DNA of 64,000 bases from Candidatus Bathyarchaeota archaeon (GCA_052246995.1 JBQPWD010000003.1:128001-192000), one strand, 5' to 3'; positions 49,676 to 60,143 are shown, counted from the first letter of the stretch. Notes: generated by a model from the sequence alone, not told the origin. A program made the numbers and translations.

Positions 49676-50851
49676 TTGTTTTCGTTGACAGAAGAACAAA
49701 AAGCTATTAAGAAGGCTGCACGCGAGTTTGCTGAAAAAGAGTTTGCAAAAGATTTGCTACTTAAGTGCGAAGAAGAGGATGGAGCAGACATCCTACAAAA
49801 TCTTATTAGAAAAGCCTCTCAGCTAGGCTTTTCTAACATAGAATTTCCCGTGGAGTATGGTGGACAAGGCTACACGTTTTTTGAGAAAGTTTTAGTTACT
49901 GAAGAGTTTTGCAGAGTTGGTTCAGGTGTTGGAGTTGCTGTTGCTGAGGGTTGCGGTGTTGCTGCAACTCTTGTTAACGCCATTGGAACTGATGAGCAGA
50001 AAAGAAAATATTTACCTCCTGCCTTAAGGGGTGATGGTGGAATTGCCGGAGCTTTTACAGAACCTGCCCATGGAACAGATATAACTTTTCTTGAAACTTC
50101 TGCTAAAAAGGAGAGGGATGGATGGGTTATTAATGGTACAAAAACTTTTATCAGCGGGGCTTTTGAAGCCTCATCTATAGCTGTTTTATGTCAAACAAAT
50201 CCTGATGCTAAACCATCCTATCGTGGTCAAACCTTGTTCTTGGTTGATAGGAATGCTGATGGTGTTGAAATTACAAAACTTAAACCAAAGCTAGGTTTAC
50301 ATGCATGGTCAACATGTGAGGTAAAGTTTGATAATGTATATGTTGATAATTCTTCCATTCTGGGAGAGTTAAACAAGGGTTTCTACCATACACTTCTGCT
50401 TTTTAATCAGCTTCGTATCCTTGGTGGTGTTAGATCCTTAGGTATGGCTGAAGGGGCTTTTGAAGCTGCGTTAAAACATGCTAAAGAAAGAATTATTCTT
50501 GGTAAGAGCTTAGCAAACTTTCAAGGTATCAGGTGGATGCTTGCAAAAATGTTTACAAAAATTGAGCTTGCAAAGCTTCTAGTTTATAAAGCTGCTCACC
50601 TTGAAAGTAGGGGGGTTGCTGACCCTGTTTTACCATGTATGGTTAAAGCTTGGGTTGTTGAGGAAATGTTAAATGTTATAGATGAGGCTATCCAGATTTT
50701 TGGTGGACTTGGCTACATGACCGAGACGGATGTTGAGAGAAGATGGCGTGATGCTAGAGCGTTTAAAATCGCTGGTGGAACTAGAGAAATGGCTTTAAAC
50801 ACTATTGCAGATTTTATAATTGAAAAAAACTATCCAATTGTTGACTTCTAG
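49676..50851 (+). CDS. Acyl-CoA dehydrogenase
   Basis: FSLTEEQ, EYGGQG, FTEP.HGTD, INGTKTFIS, QIFGGLGY. Confidence 0.92.
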   Translation: MFSLTEEQKAIKKAAREFAEKEFAKDLLLKCEEEDGADILQNLIRKASQLGFSNIEFPVEYGGQGYTFFEKVLVTEEFCRVGSGVGVAVAEGCGVAATLVNAIGTDEQKRKYLPPALRGDGGIAGAFTEPAHGTDITFLETSAKKERDGWVINGTKTFISGAFEASSIAVLCQTNPDAKPSYRGQTLFLVDRNADGVEITKLKPKLGLHAWSTCEVKFDNVYVDNSSILGELNKGFYHTLLLFNQLRILGGVRSLGMAEGAFEAALKHAKERIILGKSLANFQGIRWMLAKMFTKIELAKLLVYKAAHLESRGVADPVLPCMVKAWVVEEMLNVIDEAIQIFGGLGYMTETDVERRWRDARAFKIAGGTREMALNTIADFIIEKNYPIVDF

Positions 50852-51040
50852 ATTAGCGTATAACATTAACGGTAGGCTTTGTTATTATTGCTTTACAGAT
50901 AGTGTAACAACTTATAAGTAAAAACATAGGAGAAAAATAAAATAAGTGACAGAACATTACTCACCAGAAAAAACAACATCATTCTTCATTGTGAATCACT
51001 TTTACCGCTGGGTGGCAAACTACTGCTTAATGAACGTTTA

Positions 51041-51712
51041 TCATGGAGACTGAACTGCTTCGTCTTTAACAGTTTTTGCTTTATTTTCTCTTTGATATTC
51101 AATGTATGAGTAGACAACCGTGTAAACAGCAACCAGTATTACTGAGGTAAGGATTAAAACAAATACGTATTCTTGAACGAATACTCCTAAAATAGCAACT
51201 ATCCCGATGATTTTGAACAGTCTTCCCCCAACCTTATGTGTTTTCTCCCATACCCTGTCGTTGCTTAAAGTCCAAGGTGTTCTTATTCCAATAAACCAGT
51301 TTCTTTTTGCTTTTTCACAAAGAACACCAGCATAGAAAAGCATGAACCCAATACCTGTTGGAAAGATCAGCAAAGGGCTTATTTGGATTCCAAGATTCCA
51401 GAGAATTGTGTGTAGATATATAACGAGAAAGAAGATGGAAAAGATGATGATAAACTTATCATAATATTCTCTGAACTCTTCAATATTTGCCTTTAACGGA
51501 TCTATTCTGGGGACTGCAATAAGTAATAAAGCAACTCCTGTAAAAATTAGGGGAAGTAAGAACAAACCCCAAAACTTGGAAAGGTATCCGTCAACCTCTC
51601 CCTTACTATTCCAATGAGTAGCCATCTTTTCCGGCATTAATGGATACAAGCAAACCCCAATAACGAAAAACAGTAAGGCAATTGCGAAGATAAATATCTC
51701 ACTTTTTTTCAT
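51041..51712 (-). CDS. SdpI/DUF1648 family membrane protein
   Basis: MATHWNSKGEVDG, NWFIGIRTPWTL...WEKTH. Confidence 0.88.
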   Translation of the reverse strand: MKKSEIFIFAIALLFFVIGVCLYPLMPEKMATHWNSKGEVDGYLSKFWGLFLLPLIFTGVALLLIAVPRIDPLKANIEEFREYYDKFIIIFSIFFLVIYLHTILWNLGIQISPLLIFPTGIGFMLFYAGVLCEKAKRNWFIGIRTPWTLSNDRVWEKTHKVGGRLFKIIGIVAILGVFVQEYVFVLILTSVILVAVYTVVYSYIEYQRENKAKTVKDEAVQSP

Positions 51713-51916
51713 AATGCTTACTTCAATAATTTAGTTTTATGGATATTTTAAATTTATTTTGAATCAAGCTAGTATTGTTTACTAGTTTAACCTCGTAATA
51801 CTCAAATTAAAAAGCTATGTGAAAAATTTAACTAAGCAATAAGTTGGAAGTTTAAAATCATTCTACTCAATACTCATGCTGGTTATGTTCTTTCTTTTCA
51901 TCTTAACCTTTCACGT

Positions 51917-52573
51917 TTAAACTAAGTTGAATTTTAGTATTTCAAGAAACCAGTGTGTATCCTCCAATTTTTTCCTACTCTCAAGGATTTTTATTCTCCA
52001 TTTAAATATAGGTCCATAAGTTACTAGAGTGTGAAATTCACCTCTCTCACCACAGAGGTCAATATTTTGTTTCTTAAGATAGTCTATGAATTTCTGGTTA
52101 AATGGTTCTCCAACCCATTTTTTGTCGATTAAGCTAGCTTTGACGCTAACTATTAACGCCTCAAAGCCGTTGCTTATAAACTCGTTTATTAACTTTTCAT
52201 AGCTTTCATCCCATAAAGGCTCAAAAGCTTTAACACCAACTCTACTACAAACTTTTTCAACCCAGTCTTTATGTTCCTGAATGTTTATATCCCCAAACAC
52301 TCCGCCATTTACCCCCAAACTTTTTAAATGATTAATAATTTTCACAAACTCTTCCTCATACTTCTCCCAAGAGGCTTTACCGTAAATTATTGGTACTCCT
52401 AAAGCCCTAGCCTGAGCATTAAGAACCTCCTTGGCTAATCCGTGAGACCTCGACCTAAGACCATCACTATCAAGCATGGTAACAAGAAACTTAACTTTAA
52501 AGTCTAGCTTTAAAGCCCTATAAAGTGCCAAGCAGCTATCCTTTCCACCACTCCAAGAAACAAAAACCTGCAT
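51917..52573 (-). CDS. PP-loop ATPase, diphthine-ammonia ligase (Dph6/MJ0570) family
   Basis: SWSGGKDS, FGDI, CGERGEFHT; ATG at 52573. Confidence 0.85.
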   Translation of the reverse strand: MQVFVSWSGGKDSCLALYRALKLDFKVKFLVTMLDSDGLRSRSHGLAKEVLNAQARALGVPIIYGKASWEKYEEEFVKIINHLKSLGVNGGVFGDINIQEHKDWVEKVCSRVGVKAFEPLWDESYEKLINEFISNGFEALIVSVKASLIDKKWVGEPFNQKFIDYLKKQNIDLCGERGEFHTLVTYGPIFKWRIKILESRKKLEDTHWFLEILKFNLV

Positions 52574-52586
52574 ACTATGCCATGAA

Positions 52587-53885
52587 TTATGGTGCGAATG
52601 TTGGTTTAGTTTCAACTAAAGATAACCCTTCTTCAAGAGCTTTAATTATGGTAATTGCTTTTTCCTGATTTTCAACAAAAATTGCTCCTTTTTTCTCTAA
52701 CCTTCTAAAGATATCACTAGCTATGCCTCCAGTATAATCCCTCTCGTTACAGGGTGTTTCTTGGATAACTACCACTTTCTTACCCTTTTCTAATGCTTCC
52801 TTTGCAGCTTCAAGGTTTCTAATGTTGGAGAACCCGAAGGGAGTGTTTGCTACAAGTACCACGTCAGCTTTGCATATTGAATCCATGTTATTCTTGTGGT
52901 TTTCGTCGGTTATAGGCGAAAACGGGGCTTCGCATACAGTAGGTATTCCAAGCGCTTCAGCTGTTTCATAGTCACTATCTATAACATTTAATACTCCAGC
53001 AGTAAGCTCAAAACCTTCATCTACAATTTTTCTCATAAGAACACCACCAGTCCCGCCACCGCAGATCAAATGTATTTTAAGTTTTCTTACTGGACGTTTT
53101 TCGGTAATTTTTTGTAGGGGTACGATGTAGAGGGAACCTGTTATTGGGTGTCTTTTAACTACCACGTTAATACTGAAAGCTTCTTCAATGTTTTGTTTTG
53201 TAAGAGTTTCCTCACAAGATCCCATTGCAATAATTCGACCCTGCTTCATAACTATAATTGAGTCGCAGTATCTTGCAGCAAGGTTAATGTCGTGAATAAC
53301 CATGATTACCGTAAGCATGTTTTCTTTACATAGTTTTACTAGAAGCCCCATAATTTCTAATTGATGGTTTATGTCTAAATGTTGTGTTGGCTCATCAAGC
53401 AAAAGCACCTTTGGATTTTGGGCTAACGCTCTTGCAATTATAACTCGCTGTCTTTCACCGCCGCTTAACTCCTCAATATATCTGTTAGCAAGGTGAAGTG
53501 TGCCTGTAAGCTTCATAGCCTGCTTAGCAATAAGTAGGTCGTTGAGGCCTTCACCTTTCATCCTTTCCAGATACGGGTTTCGACCCATTAACACTACATC
53601 TAGCACGGTAAAGTTGAATGATGTTGATGGGTTCTGGGGAACAACCCCAATTTTTTGGGCAACTTCAACTCTTTTAAGCTTATGAATCTCTTGGTTATCG
53701 ATTAATACGCTACCAACCTTTGGCTTTAAAACACCAGCTATAGTTTTTAGTAAAGTTGTCTTTCCAGAACCGTTTGGACCAATTATACCGAGAAAGTGTC
53801 CACTGGTAACGGTAAAGCTTACATTTTCAAGCACCTTAACAGAGTTGTAGTAGCATTCCACCCCTTGAACTACAAGCCTCACCAA
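52587..53885 (-). CDS. btuD: Cobalamin/Fe-complex ABC transporter ATPase with C-terminal extension
   Basis: GPNGSGKT, LSGGERQR, LLLDEPT; extra HLICGGGTG domain; cobamide context. Confidence 0.85.
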   Translation of the reverse strand: MVRLVVQGVECYYNSVKVLENVSFTVTSGHFLGIIGPNGSGKTTLLKTIAGVLKPKVGSVLIDNQEIHKLKRVEVAQKIGVVPQNPSTSFNFTVLDVVLMGRNPYLERMKGEGLNDLLIAKQAMKLTGTLHLANRYIEELSGGERQRVIIARALAQNPKVLLLDEPTQHLDINHQLEIMGLLVKLCKENMLTVIMVIHDINLAARYCDSIIVMKQGRIIAMGSCEETLTKQNIEEAFSINVVVKRHPITGSLYIVPLQKITEKRPVRKLKIHLICGGGTGGVLMRKIVDEGFELTAGVLNVIDSDYETAEALGIPTVCEAPFSPITDENHKNNMDSICKADVVLVANTPFGFSNIRNLEAAKEALEKGKKVVVIQETPCNERDYTGGIASDIFRRLEKKGAIFVENQEKAITIIKALEEGLSLVETKPTFAP

Positions 53886-53896
53886 GTAAAGCTCAC

Positions 53897-54991
53897 CTAT
53901 GTTGTGGTGAAGAAGTATTTACCCTTAGCCTTCCTCAACAGATAAATGAAAAACGGGACACCTGTAAAGGCTGTAATTACTCCAACTGGAAGCTCGGTTG
54001 GCGGTGCAACAACCCTCGCAACCACATCACACATCATAAGAAAGGTTGACCCGACAATTAAAGCTGAAGGAAGTAGTATACGGTGGTCAGGGCCTACTAC
54101 AAGCCTAATTATATGCGGTATTATTAACCCCACAAAACCTATTAATCCACTTACTGAAACAGCTGAGGCTGTTAGTAGGCTTCCAAAGATAAGAAAGTAA
54201 CGTTTAACCTTCTCTACTTCAACTCCAAGGTATGCTGCTTCTTCTTCGCTAAGTTGAAGAATGTTTAGGTCACGAGCAAAGATATAAACTGCAAAAAAGC
54301 TGAGACATGTAAATGGTAGTATTACATGCACGTCTACCCACTCACTGTATGAAAAGCTTCCCATAAGCCAGAAAACAAGAGAATGAAGTTTTTCCCCTGC
54401 AACAATGTGTAGAAGTGAAACTACTGCTGAAAGAAAAATGCTTACAGCAACCCCTGAGAGTAGTAGCGTCATTACTGGAATTCTTTGGCCAACTTTTGAA
54501 ATGCTGTAAACAAGGAATAGTGAGGCTATTGCGAAGATGAAAGCCATAACAGATATTATTGAAGCTCCAAAAATGTCATACCCTATACCCAGCACTATTG
54601 CAAAAGATGCTCCAACCGCCGCACCCGAAGAAACGCCTATAACGTAGGGGTCAGCCATTGGATTACGGAAGATTCCCTGAAAAACTGTACCAGCAATAGC
54701 AAGTGAACCTCCAACAAGCGAGGCTAGAAAGGTACGGGGCATCCTAACTTGAAATATTATTGCTTCTCTAGCTTCATCCATTACTGGTTGGGTTTTAAAA
54801 CCTAAAACCATGCCAGCTTTGCATGAAAGAATTGATAAAACTTCGGTTATTGGTATGTTGGCTGAACCAATACTTATTGAGATTAGTGTAACACACAAGT
54901 TTACAGCTAGGAATGACAAAATTATTAAAGGCCAACTTTTTCTACGTTTTAAGTAAAGTTTTTCCAGTTCACTTCCATACATAGGCCTCAT
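53897..54991 (-). CDS. btuC: Cobalamin ABC transporter permease
   Basis: RMPR, FRNPMADPYVIGVSSGA, GLIGFVGLIIPH. Confidence 0.87.
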   Translation of the reverse strand: MRPMYGSELEKLYLKRRKSWPLIILSFLAVNLCVTLISISIGSANIPITEVLSILSCKAGMVLGFKTQPVMDEAREAIIFQVRMPRTFLASLVGGSLAIAGTVFQGIFRNPMADPYVIGVSSGAAVGASFAIVLGIGYDIFGASIISVMAFIFAIASLFLVYSISKVGQRIPVMTLLLSGVAVSIFLSAVVSLLHIVAGEKLHSLVFWLMGSFSYSEWVDVHVILPFTCLSFFAVYIFARDLNILQLSEEEAAYLGVEVEKVKRYFLIFGSLLTASAVSVSGLIGFVGLIIPHIIRLVVGPDHRILLPSALIVGSTFLMMCDVVARVVAPPTELPVGVITAFTGVPFFIYLLRKAKGKYFFTTT

Positions 54992-54992
54992 C

Positions 54993-55937
54993 TTAACTAA
55001 ACAGTTCAGGATGCAGTATTTTTGCCAATGTTTCTAAACCTTCAACAATTCGCGGGCCAGGTCTTATTAAAATGTTTTCTTCAACCTCGTATATTTTACC
55101 AATCTTAACAGCATCTATTGTATCCCATCCAGGCCTTTTGGCAATCTCCTCTTTAGCTACTCCACCCATATAGCCAATTTTTATTATAATTATTTCAGGT
55201 TTTCTCTCAATTACTGATTCAGGGCTAATTGTAGGATAGGATGTTTTTGCATCATAAAAGATGTTTACCCCCCCAGCCAACTCTATAAGCTCATTCACAA
55301 AGGTATCTGGTCCTATACTCATCAACGGGTCATGCCAAACCTCATAGTATACTTTTGGCTTATAGGATACATCACGAGTTTTACTTGTTATATAGTCAAT
55401 ACGTTGCTTCATTTCCTTCACAAGTTTTCCAGCCTCATCCTCCTTACCTGTTGCTTTCCCAACAAGCATTACGCTATCTAAAATTTCTTGGACGTTTTTA
55501 GGGTCTAAAAAAACAACTGGTATACCTTTATTCTCTAAAGCTTCAACACCCTTCAGCTGGACGGTGTGCATTGCAAAAACTACATCAGGCTTTAACTCAA
55601 CTATTTTTTCAACATTTGGGTTTGCAAATCCGCCTATAATTGTTATTTTACCCTCTTCAACCATTTTTTTAACTTTTGGAGGATAATCACAGTATTGTGT
55701 AACTCCAACAATTTTATCATCCAACCCCAATGCAAACAAGATTTCAGTATTAGCTGGAGCTATAGAAACAATCCGCTGGGGAGGGTAGTTTGCTATAACC
55801 ACATTTTTTCCACGACTATCCGTAACAGTCATGGTTGTGGTAGGTTTTTGAGTAGTTGTAGTTGTTGAAAAGTATGCTATTGAAATAACACTAAGAATAA
55901 TTACGATGAATAACAGAACAATCAAGCCCTTTTTCAT
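54993..55937 (-). CDS. btuF: Cobalamin ABC transporter substrate-binding protein
   Basis: N-terminal anchor and Thr linker, RIVSIAPANTEILFALG, CDYP, RPGPRI. Confidence 0.87.
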   Translation of the reverse strand: MKKGLIVLLFIVIILSVISIAYFSTTTTTQKPTTTMTVTDSRGKNVVIANYPPQRIVSIAPANTEILFALGLDDKIVGVTQYCDYPPKVKKMVEEGKITIIGGFANPNVEKIVELKPDVVFAMHTVQLKGVEALENKGIPVVFLDPKNVQEILDSVMLVGKATGKEDEAGKLVKEMKQRIDYITSKTRDVSYKPKVYYEVWHDPLMSIGPDTFVNELIELAGGVNIFYDAKTSYPTISPESVIERKPEIIIIKIGYMGGVAKEEIAKRPGWDTIDAVKIGKIYEVEENILIRPGPRIVEGLETLAKILHPELFS

Positions 55938-56037
55938 GGCAAGTACCATCTCAAGGAAAGTTTTATATGGCTGGATTGTCCATCCAATATACAACTATCT
56001 GCTATAAAAATTTTTCCACTAAACACCATGGTGAGGT

Positions 56038-56892
56038 TTGCTGATTCAACGGAAGGTGCCATTTATAACTTTCTGCGTTAAACCCGTAAAGAAGGCTTGG
56101 ATTAATCTGGCTGGATGCAACTTTAACTGTAAGGGTTGTTTTGCGGTAGCCAAGGATGACGTTGGTAAACCGTTTTCGGTTGACGAATTAGTTAGATTCT
56201 TTATTAGTGCATGCCGCTACGTTTGTGGTGAACTTGTTGACGATGTAACAATAACTGGTGGTGAGCCAACCCTTAACCCGGCATACCTAACAAGTTTAAT
56301 TCAACGTCTGCGTGACCACTCGGTAACAAAAATTGCGTTATCAACAAACGGCTATCTTCTCGATGAAGATTTTGTTCGAAGGTTAAGGACTTTAGAATTG
56401 GATTTGGTTAAGATAGATATAAAGGCTTTTAGCGAAGATATCCACTACTGGTATACAGGTGAAAGTAATAAAAACGTGTTTAAAACCGTAAAGCTACTTC
56501 ATGATTACAATGTAAACTTCTATGTACGAACAATACTTATGCCTGGAATTGTAGACGTTTACGAGGTGGAGAAGATAGCCAAGTTCTTATTCTCAATAAA
56601 CCCAAGTATACATTATAGAATATACGAGTTTGACCCTAAACATGCAAGAGAACCTGTAAGCAGTAAACCGTCAAGAAATACCATGGTTCAGGCCTTAAAT
56701 GCCGCTAAAAGGTATTTGGTGAACGTTACATCAATAACCGCCTCAGAAACTTATGATTCCAGTTATGAATATGTTGAGGTACGTGACGATTCACTTTTAG
56801 AGGTATTTAACAAGGTTGACGAGGTTTCTAAAATGTCGATTAAGGGTTGGAAGATGGTTGGCATACCTTTTAGCAAAATTGTCTCAGGATGA
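56038..56892 (+). CDS. Radical SAM protein (PFL-activase-like)
   Basis: GCNFNCKGC, TGGEPT, STNG, DIKA. Confidence 0.88.
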   Translation: MLIQRKVPFITFCVKPVKKAWINLAGCNFNCKGCFAVAKDDVGKPFSVDELVRFFISACRYVCGELVDDVTITGGEPTLNPAYLTSLIQRLRDHSVTKIALSTNGYLLDEDFVRRLRTLELDLVKIDIKAFSEDIHYWYTGESNKNVFKTVKLLHDYNVNFYVRTILMPGIVDVYEVEKIAKFLFSINPSIHYRIYEFDPKHAREPVSSKPSRNTMVQALNAAKRYLVNVTSITASETYDSSYEYVEVRDDSLLEVFNKVDEVSKMSIKGWKMVGIPFSKIVSG

Positions 56893-56895
56893 AAA

Positions 56896-57651
56896 ATGAC
56901 AAACATATACCATATTGTTTATTTTGATGTGGACAAGTCAATCTACATCTTCTTTAAAGGCTGCAATTTTGCTTGTAAGGGCTGTATCTTAAAACTTTCA
57001 CCATGGGATTGCCACCTTCCAGTTGAAACACAAGCTAAGCTTCAGAAACTTTCTAACATTAAAACCCTATCCATGACTGAGTTAAATGCTGTTGTTGGAA
57101 AAATGGAGGTTAAAGAGGCTGTGCTTGGTGGTGGTGAACCAACCGTAGATGAAGAGTTAACATACGTAGTTAAGCTTCTTAAAGACTACAATATTTCTAC
57201 AGTGCTGCTTACTAATGGTTACAAGCTTGATGATAAAATGATTCAAAAACTTGAAAAGGTAGAGCTTAATGAGGTTTGTGTAAGCATTAAAGCCTTTACC
57301 GACAACGTTCACATCTACTATACCGGAGTTTCAAATCAGAAGGTTCTGGAAAATTTTAGATACTTAAACTACAGTAGTATTAAGCTTAGGGCTGAAAGTG
57401 TATTAATACCTGGTTTAATTGATGTAGGCGAGATTGAGCTTATTGCTAAGTTTATTGCTTCTGTGAATGCCACCATACCTTACAGAGTGGATGCTTACAC
57501 TCAAGTGCCAGGCACACCTTGGCCTTCAGCTTTACCAGAAAAAGTTTACAAGGCGGTTGAAACATCCAAAAAATACTTGAAAAACGTTTCATGTATTCAT
57601 GCAGATATGCCTGTTGTAGGTAGGGTTAGGATAGTTTATCCAGAAGTTTAA
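56896..57651 (+). CDS. Radical SAM protein (PFL-activase-like), paralogue of the preceding gene
   Basis: GCNFACKGC, GGGEPT, LTNG, SIKA. Confidence 0.88.
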   Translation: MTNIYHIVYFDVDKSIYIFFKGCNFACKGCILKLSPWDCHLPVETQAKLQKLSNIKTLSMTELNAVVGKMEVKEAVLGGGEPTVDEELTYVVKLLKDYNISTVLLTNGYKLDDKMIQKLEKVELNEVCVSIKAFTDNVHIYYTGVSNQKVLENFRYLNYSSIKLRAESVLIPGLIDVGEIELIAKFIASVNATIPYRVDAYTQVPGTPWPSALPEKVYKAVETSKKYLKNVSCIHADMPVVGRVRIVYPEV

Positions 57652-57666
57652 CGGTGAGAATGTATT

Positions 57667-58800
57667 TTGAGTTGTAAATTGTTGGATGTTGAAAGTTGGG
57701 TGCGGGATGAAGTAAAAACCATAGAAAAGGTTGAGCATGGAGGAGAAGTTTGGAGGTATATGGGAAGTAAAACCGTTCTAGACTTCAGCTCAAATGTAAA
57801 TCCTCTTGGAGCCTCTCCAAAAGTTTTTAAGGTTTTAAGAAAAAGTCTACATCTAATCAGTTTTCTGCCAGATAGTGATTCAACCATTGTTAGGGAGGCT
57901 GTTGCAGAGTATATAGGTAAACCTATCAACCATTCTAACATCATAGTTGGTAACGGTTCAACCGAGTTAATACATCTGTTTGCCTTAACATTTGTTAAGA
58001 AGGGTGAAGGGTGTCTTATTCCAATTCCAACTTTTGGGGAATATGAAGCTGCTGTAAGAAAAGCTGGAGGTAAATTATGCTTCCTAAAAATGAAGATTTC
58101 AGATAATTTTACGTTAAATTTTGATGAATTTTTGGAGAATATTAAACCCAAGAAAACTAAAGTGGTTTTTATCTGTAACCCCAACAACCCTACAGGTCAA
58201 GTAGTTTCTATACAAGATTTAACAAGGTTTTTAAATGAAACTTTAAACATGGAGGTAATGGTTTTTCTAGATGAAAGCTATGTTGAGTTTTCAGATGTAG
58301 ATACATTAGCAAACCAAGTTGAAAACTACCCTAACCTGTTTGTTTTAAGGTCTCTTACTAAGGCTTTTGGGTTAATGGGTTTAAGGATAGGTTATGGTGT
58401 TGCCTCCAAAAAATTGATTGACTTCATGTTAAAGTCAAAAATAGCTTGGAATGTTAACCTGTTAGCTCAAGTAGCAGCGGTAGCAGCTTTAAAAGATAAA
58501 GCTCACCTTGAAAAAGCAAAAAAGATTGTTAGGAAAGAAAGGCAGTTTCTGTTTGAAGGTCTTAGGAGGGTTAAAGGTTTCAACGTACTCCCTACAAAGG
58601 CAAACTTCTTTTTAGTGGATGTTAAGGATTCAGGGTTTAGTGCTTCACATCTTAAAAAGCAGATGTTAAAGTATGGGATACTTGTGAGAGATTGTAGCTC
58701 CATTAAAGGATTAAACAACAACTATATTCGCATATCCGTGAAACGTCGCCAAGAAAATAGAATGTTATTGAAGAGCTTAACAATGGTTGTAGGGGGTTAG
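57667..58800 (+). CDS. cobD: L-threonine-O-3-phosphate decarboxylase
   Basis: HGG, DFSSNVNPLG, NPNNPTG, RSLTKAFGLMGLRIGY; cob context. Confidence 0.88.
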   Translation: MSCKLLDVESWVRDEVKTIEKVEHGGEVWRYMGSKTVLDFSSNVNPLGASPKVFKVLRKSLHLISFLPDSDSTIVREAVAEYIGKPINHSNIIVGNGSTELIHLFALTFVKKGEGCLIPIPTFGEYEAAVRKAGGKLCFLKMKISDNFTLNFDEFLENIKPKKTKVVFICNPNNPTGQVVSIQDLTRFLNETLNMEVMVFLDESYVEFSDVDTLANQVENYPNLFVLRSLTKAFGLMGLRIGYGVASKKLIDFMLKSKIAWNVNLLAQVAAVAALKDKAHLEKAKKIVRKERQFLFEGLRRVKGFNVLPTKANFFLVDVKDSGFSASHLKKQMLKYGILVRDCSSIKGLNNNYIRISVKRRQENRMLLKSLTMVVGG

Positions 58801-58826
58801 GTGGTATTAGCTTAGTTGATAAGTAT

Positions 58827-59159
58827 ATGGCGTCAGTAAAAGCTGGCAAAATTACCGGACCTAACACTAAATGCGAGTATTATCCTTGTCATTTTGAAGG
58901 TCAAGATTGTACATGGTGTTTTTGTCCATTCTATCCTTGTGGTGACTGTAGCGTAGGTGGAGAATGGATTGTAAGCAGCAATTTTAAAGGAAAAGTTTGG
59001 AGTTGCACCAACTGTAAATGGATTCATAAGCCTGAAGTAGCCGGCGAGGTATTAAAAGAAATTTCTCAACTTGTAGGTAGGTTTAGCAGTGCTAACGAAG
59101 TCTTAAAGGAAAGGTTATTTGAAGTCTTTTTACATGTAAGGGCGAGGCTTCCCCCTTAA
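58827..59159 (+). CDS. Cysteine-rich small domain protein
   Basis: CEYYPCH..QDCTWCFCPFYPC, WSCTNCKWIH. Confidence 0.85.
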   Translation: MASVKAGKITGPNTKCEYYPCHFEGQDCTWCFCPFYPCGDCSVGGEWIVSSNFKGKVWSCTNCKWIHKPEVAGEVLKEISQLVGRFSSANEVLKERLFEVFLHVRARLPP

Positions 59160-59180
59160 CTACTAGTTTAGTGAAGCTTC

Positions 59181-60143
59181 TTGCAGTCTCTAACTCCCCC
59201 TACCCTTATATGTGGCTTATCTTTGCTTGTTTTTGCATTAGCTCTTGACTTAATTTTAGGAGAGTATCCCTCTATAATTCATCCAACAGTATGGATAGGT
59301 AAACTTACAAAATTTTTAGAATATAGGTTTAGATTTGACGGTACCCCTAAAGCTGAGAAGGTTGGCGGCGTATTTCTAGCTTTAACCTTAACAATCCTCC
59401 TCGGGTTAATATGCTATTTAACCTTATACGTTTGCTACCAAATTCATCTTCTCCTGTTTTTTGCCGTGGGAGTTTTTCTGTTAAAGTCTACATTCGCAAT
59501 TAAATCTATGAGGGAGCATGTAATACCTATAGTGGACGCCCTAAGTAAGGGAGATATTACTCAAGCACGTAGGCTTGTAGCTCGCATAGTTAGCAGGGAT
59601 ACAAGCAACCTTGACGAAGAACATCTAATTTCAGCCACGGTTGAATCGATAGCTGAAAATACTGTTGATGGGGTTACATCACCACTTTTTTATTTCAGTC
59701 TTTTTGGACCAGTTGGGGCTTTCGTTTATCGTGTGATTAATACACTAGATTCTATGGTTGGGTATAAAAATGCACAATATCTTCATTTTGGCTGGTTCTC
59801 CGCAACATTAGATACGCTTGTAAACGCTATTCCAGCACGTATTACAGCATATTTAATGGTTTTTCTATCATTTTTTATGGGAAGAAGTTTTAAATTTACA
59901 TATGAGGTTTTTAGGCGGTATAGGTCAAAAACTGGAGATTTAAACTCAGGATGGTCAATTGCCGCCATGGCTGGGGTGTTAAAAGTTCAGCTTGAGAAAC
60001 CAAACACCTACAGGATTGGTGAAAGCTTAAAGAAGCTTTCAGTTGAAGAGATTCGCCAAGCCTTAAAGGTAATGTGCGGTACTATTTTACTATTCATAAC
60101 TCTGGTAGTTATCCCCATATTAATCCTTGTAAGCTTAATATAA
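59181..60143 (+). CDS. cbiB: Adenosylcobinamide-phosphate synthase
   Basis: HPTVWIG, IVSRDT, ESIAEN.VDG, YRVINTLDSMVGY. Confidence 0.93.
   Translation: MQSLTPPTLICGLSLLVFALALDLILGEYPSIIHPTVWIGKLTKFLEYRFRFDGTPKAEKVGGVFLALTLTILLGLICYLTLYVCYQIHLLLFFAVGVFLLKSTFAIKSMREHVIPIVDALSKGDITQARRLVARIVSRDTSNLDEEHLISATVESIAENTVDGVTSPLFYFSLFGPVGAFVYRVINTLDSMVGYKNAQYLHFGWFSATLDTLVNAIPARITAYLMVFLSFFMGRSFKFTYEVFRRYRSKTGDLNSGWSIAAMAGVLKVQLEKPNTYRIGESLKKLSVEEIRQALKVMCGTILLFITLVVIPILILVSLI

Noticed and set aside
55938-56037. Cobalamin riboswitch or operator between btuF and the radical SAM genes
   Set aside because: The gap is only about 100 AT-rich nt with no B12-box. The TGGAT-N5-ATCCA palindrome (55972-55986) is too short to support.
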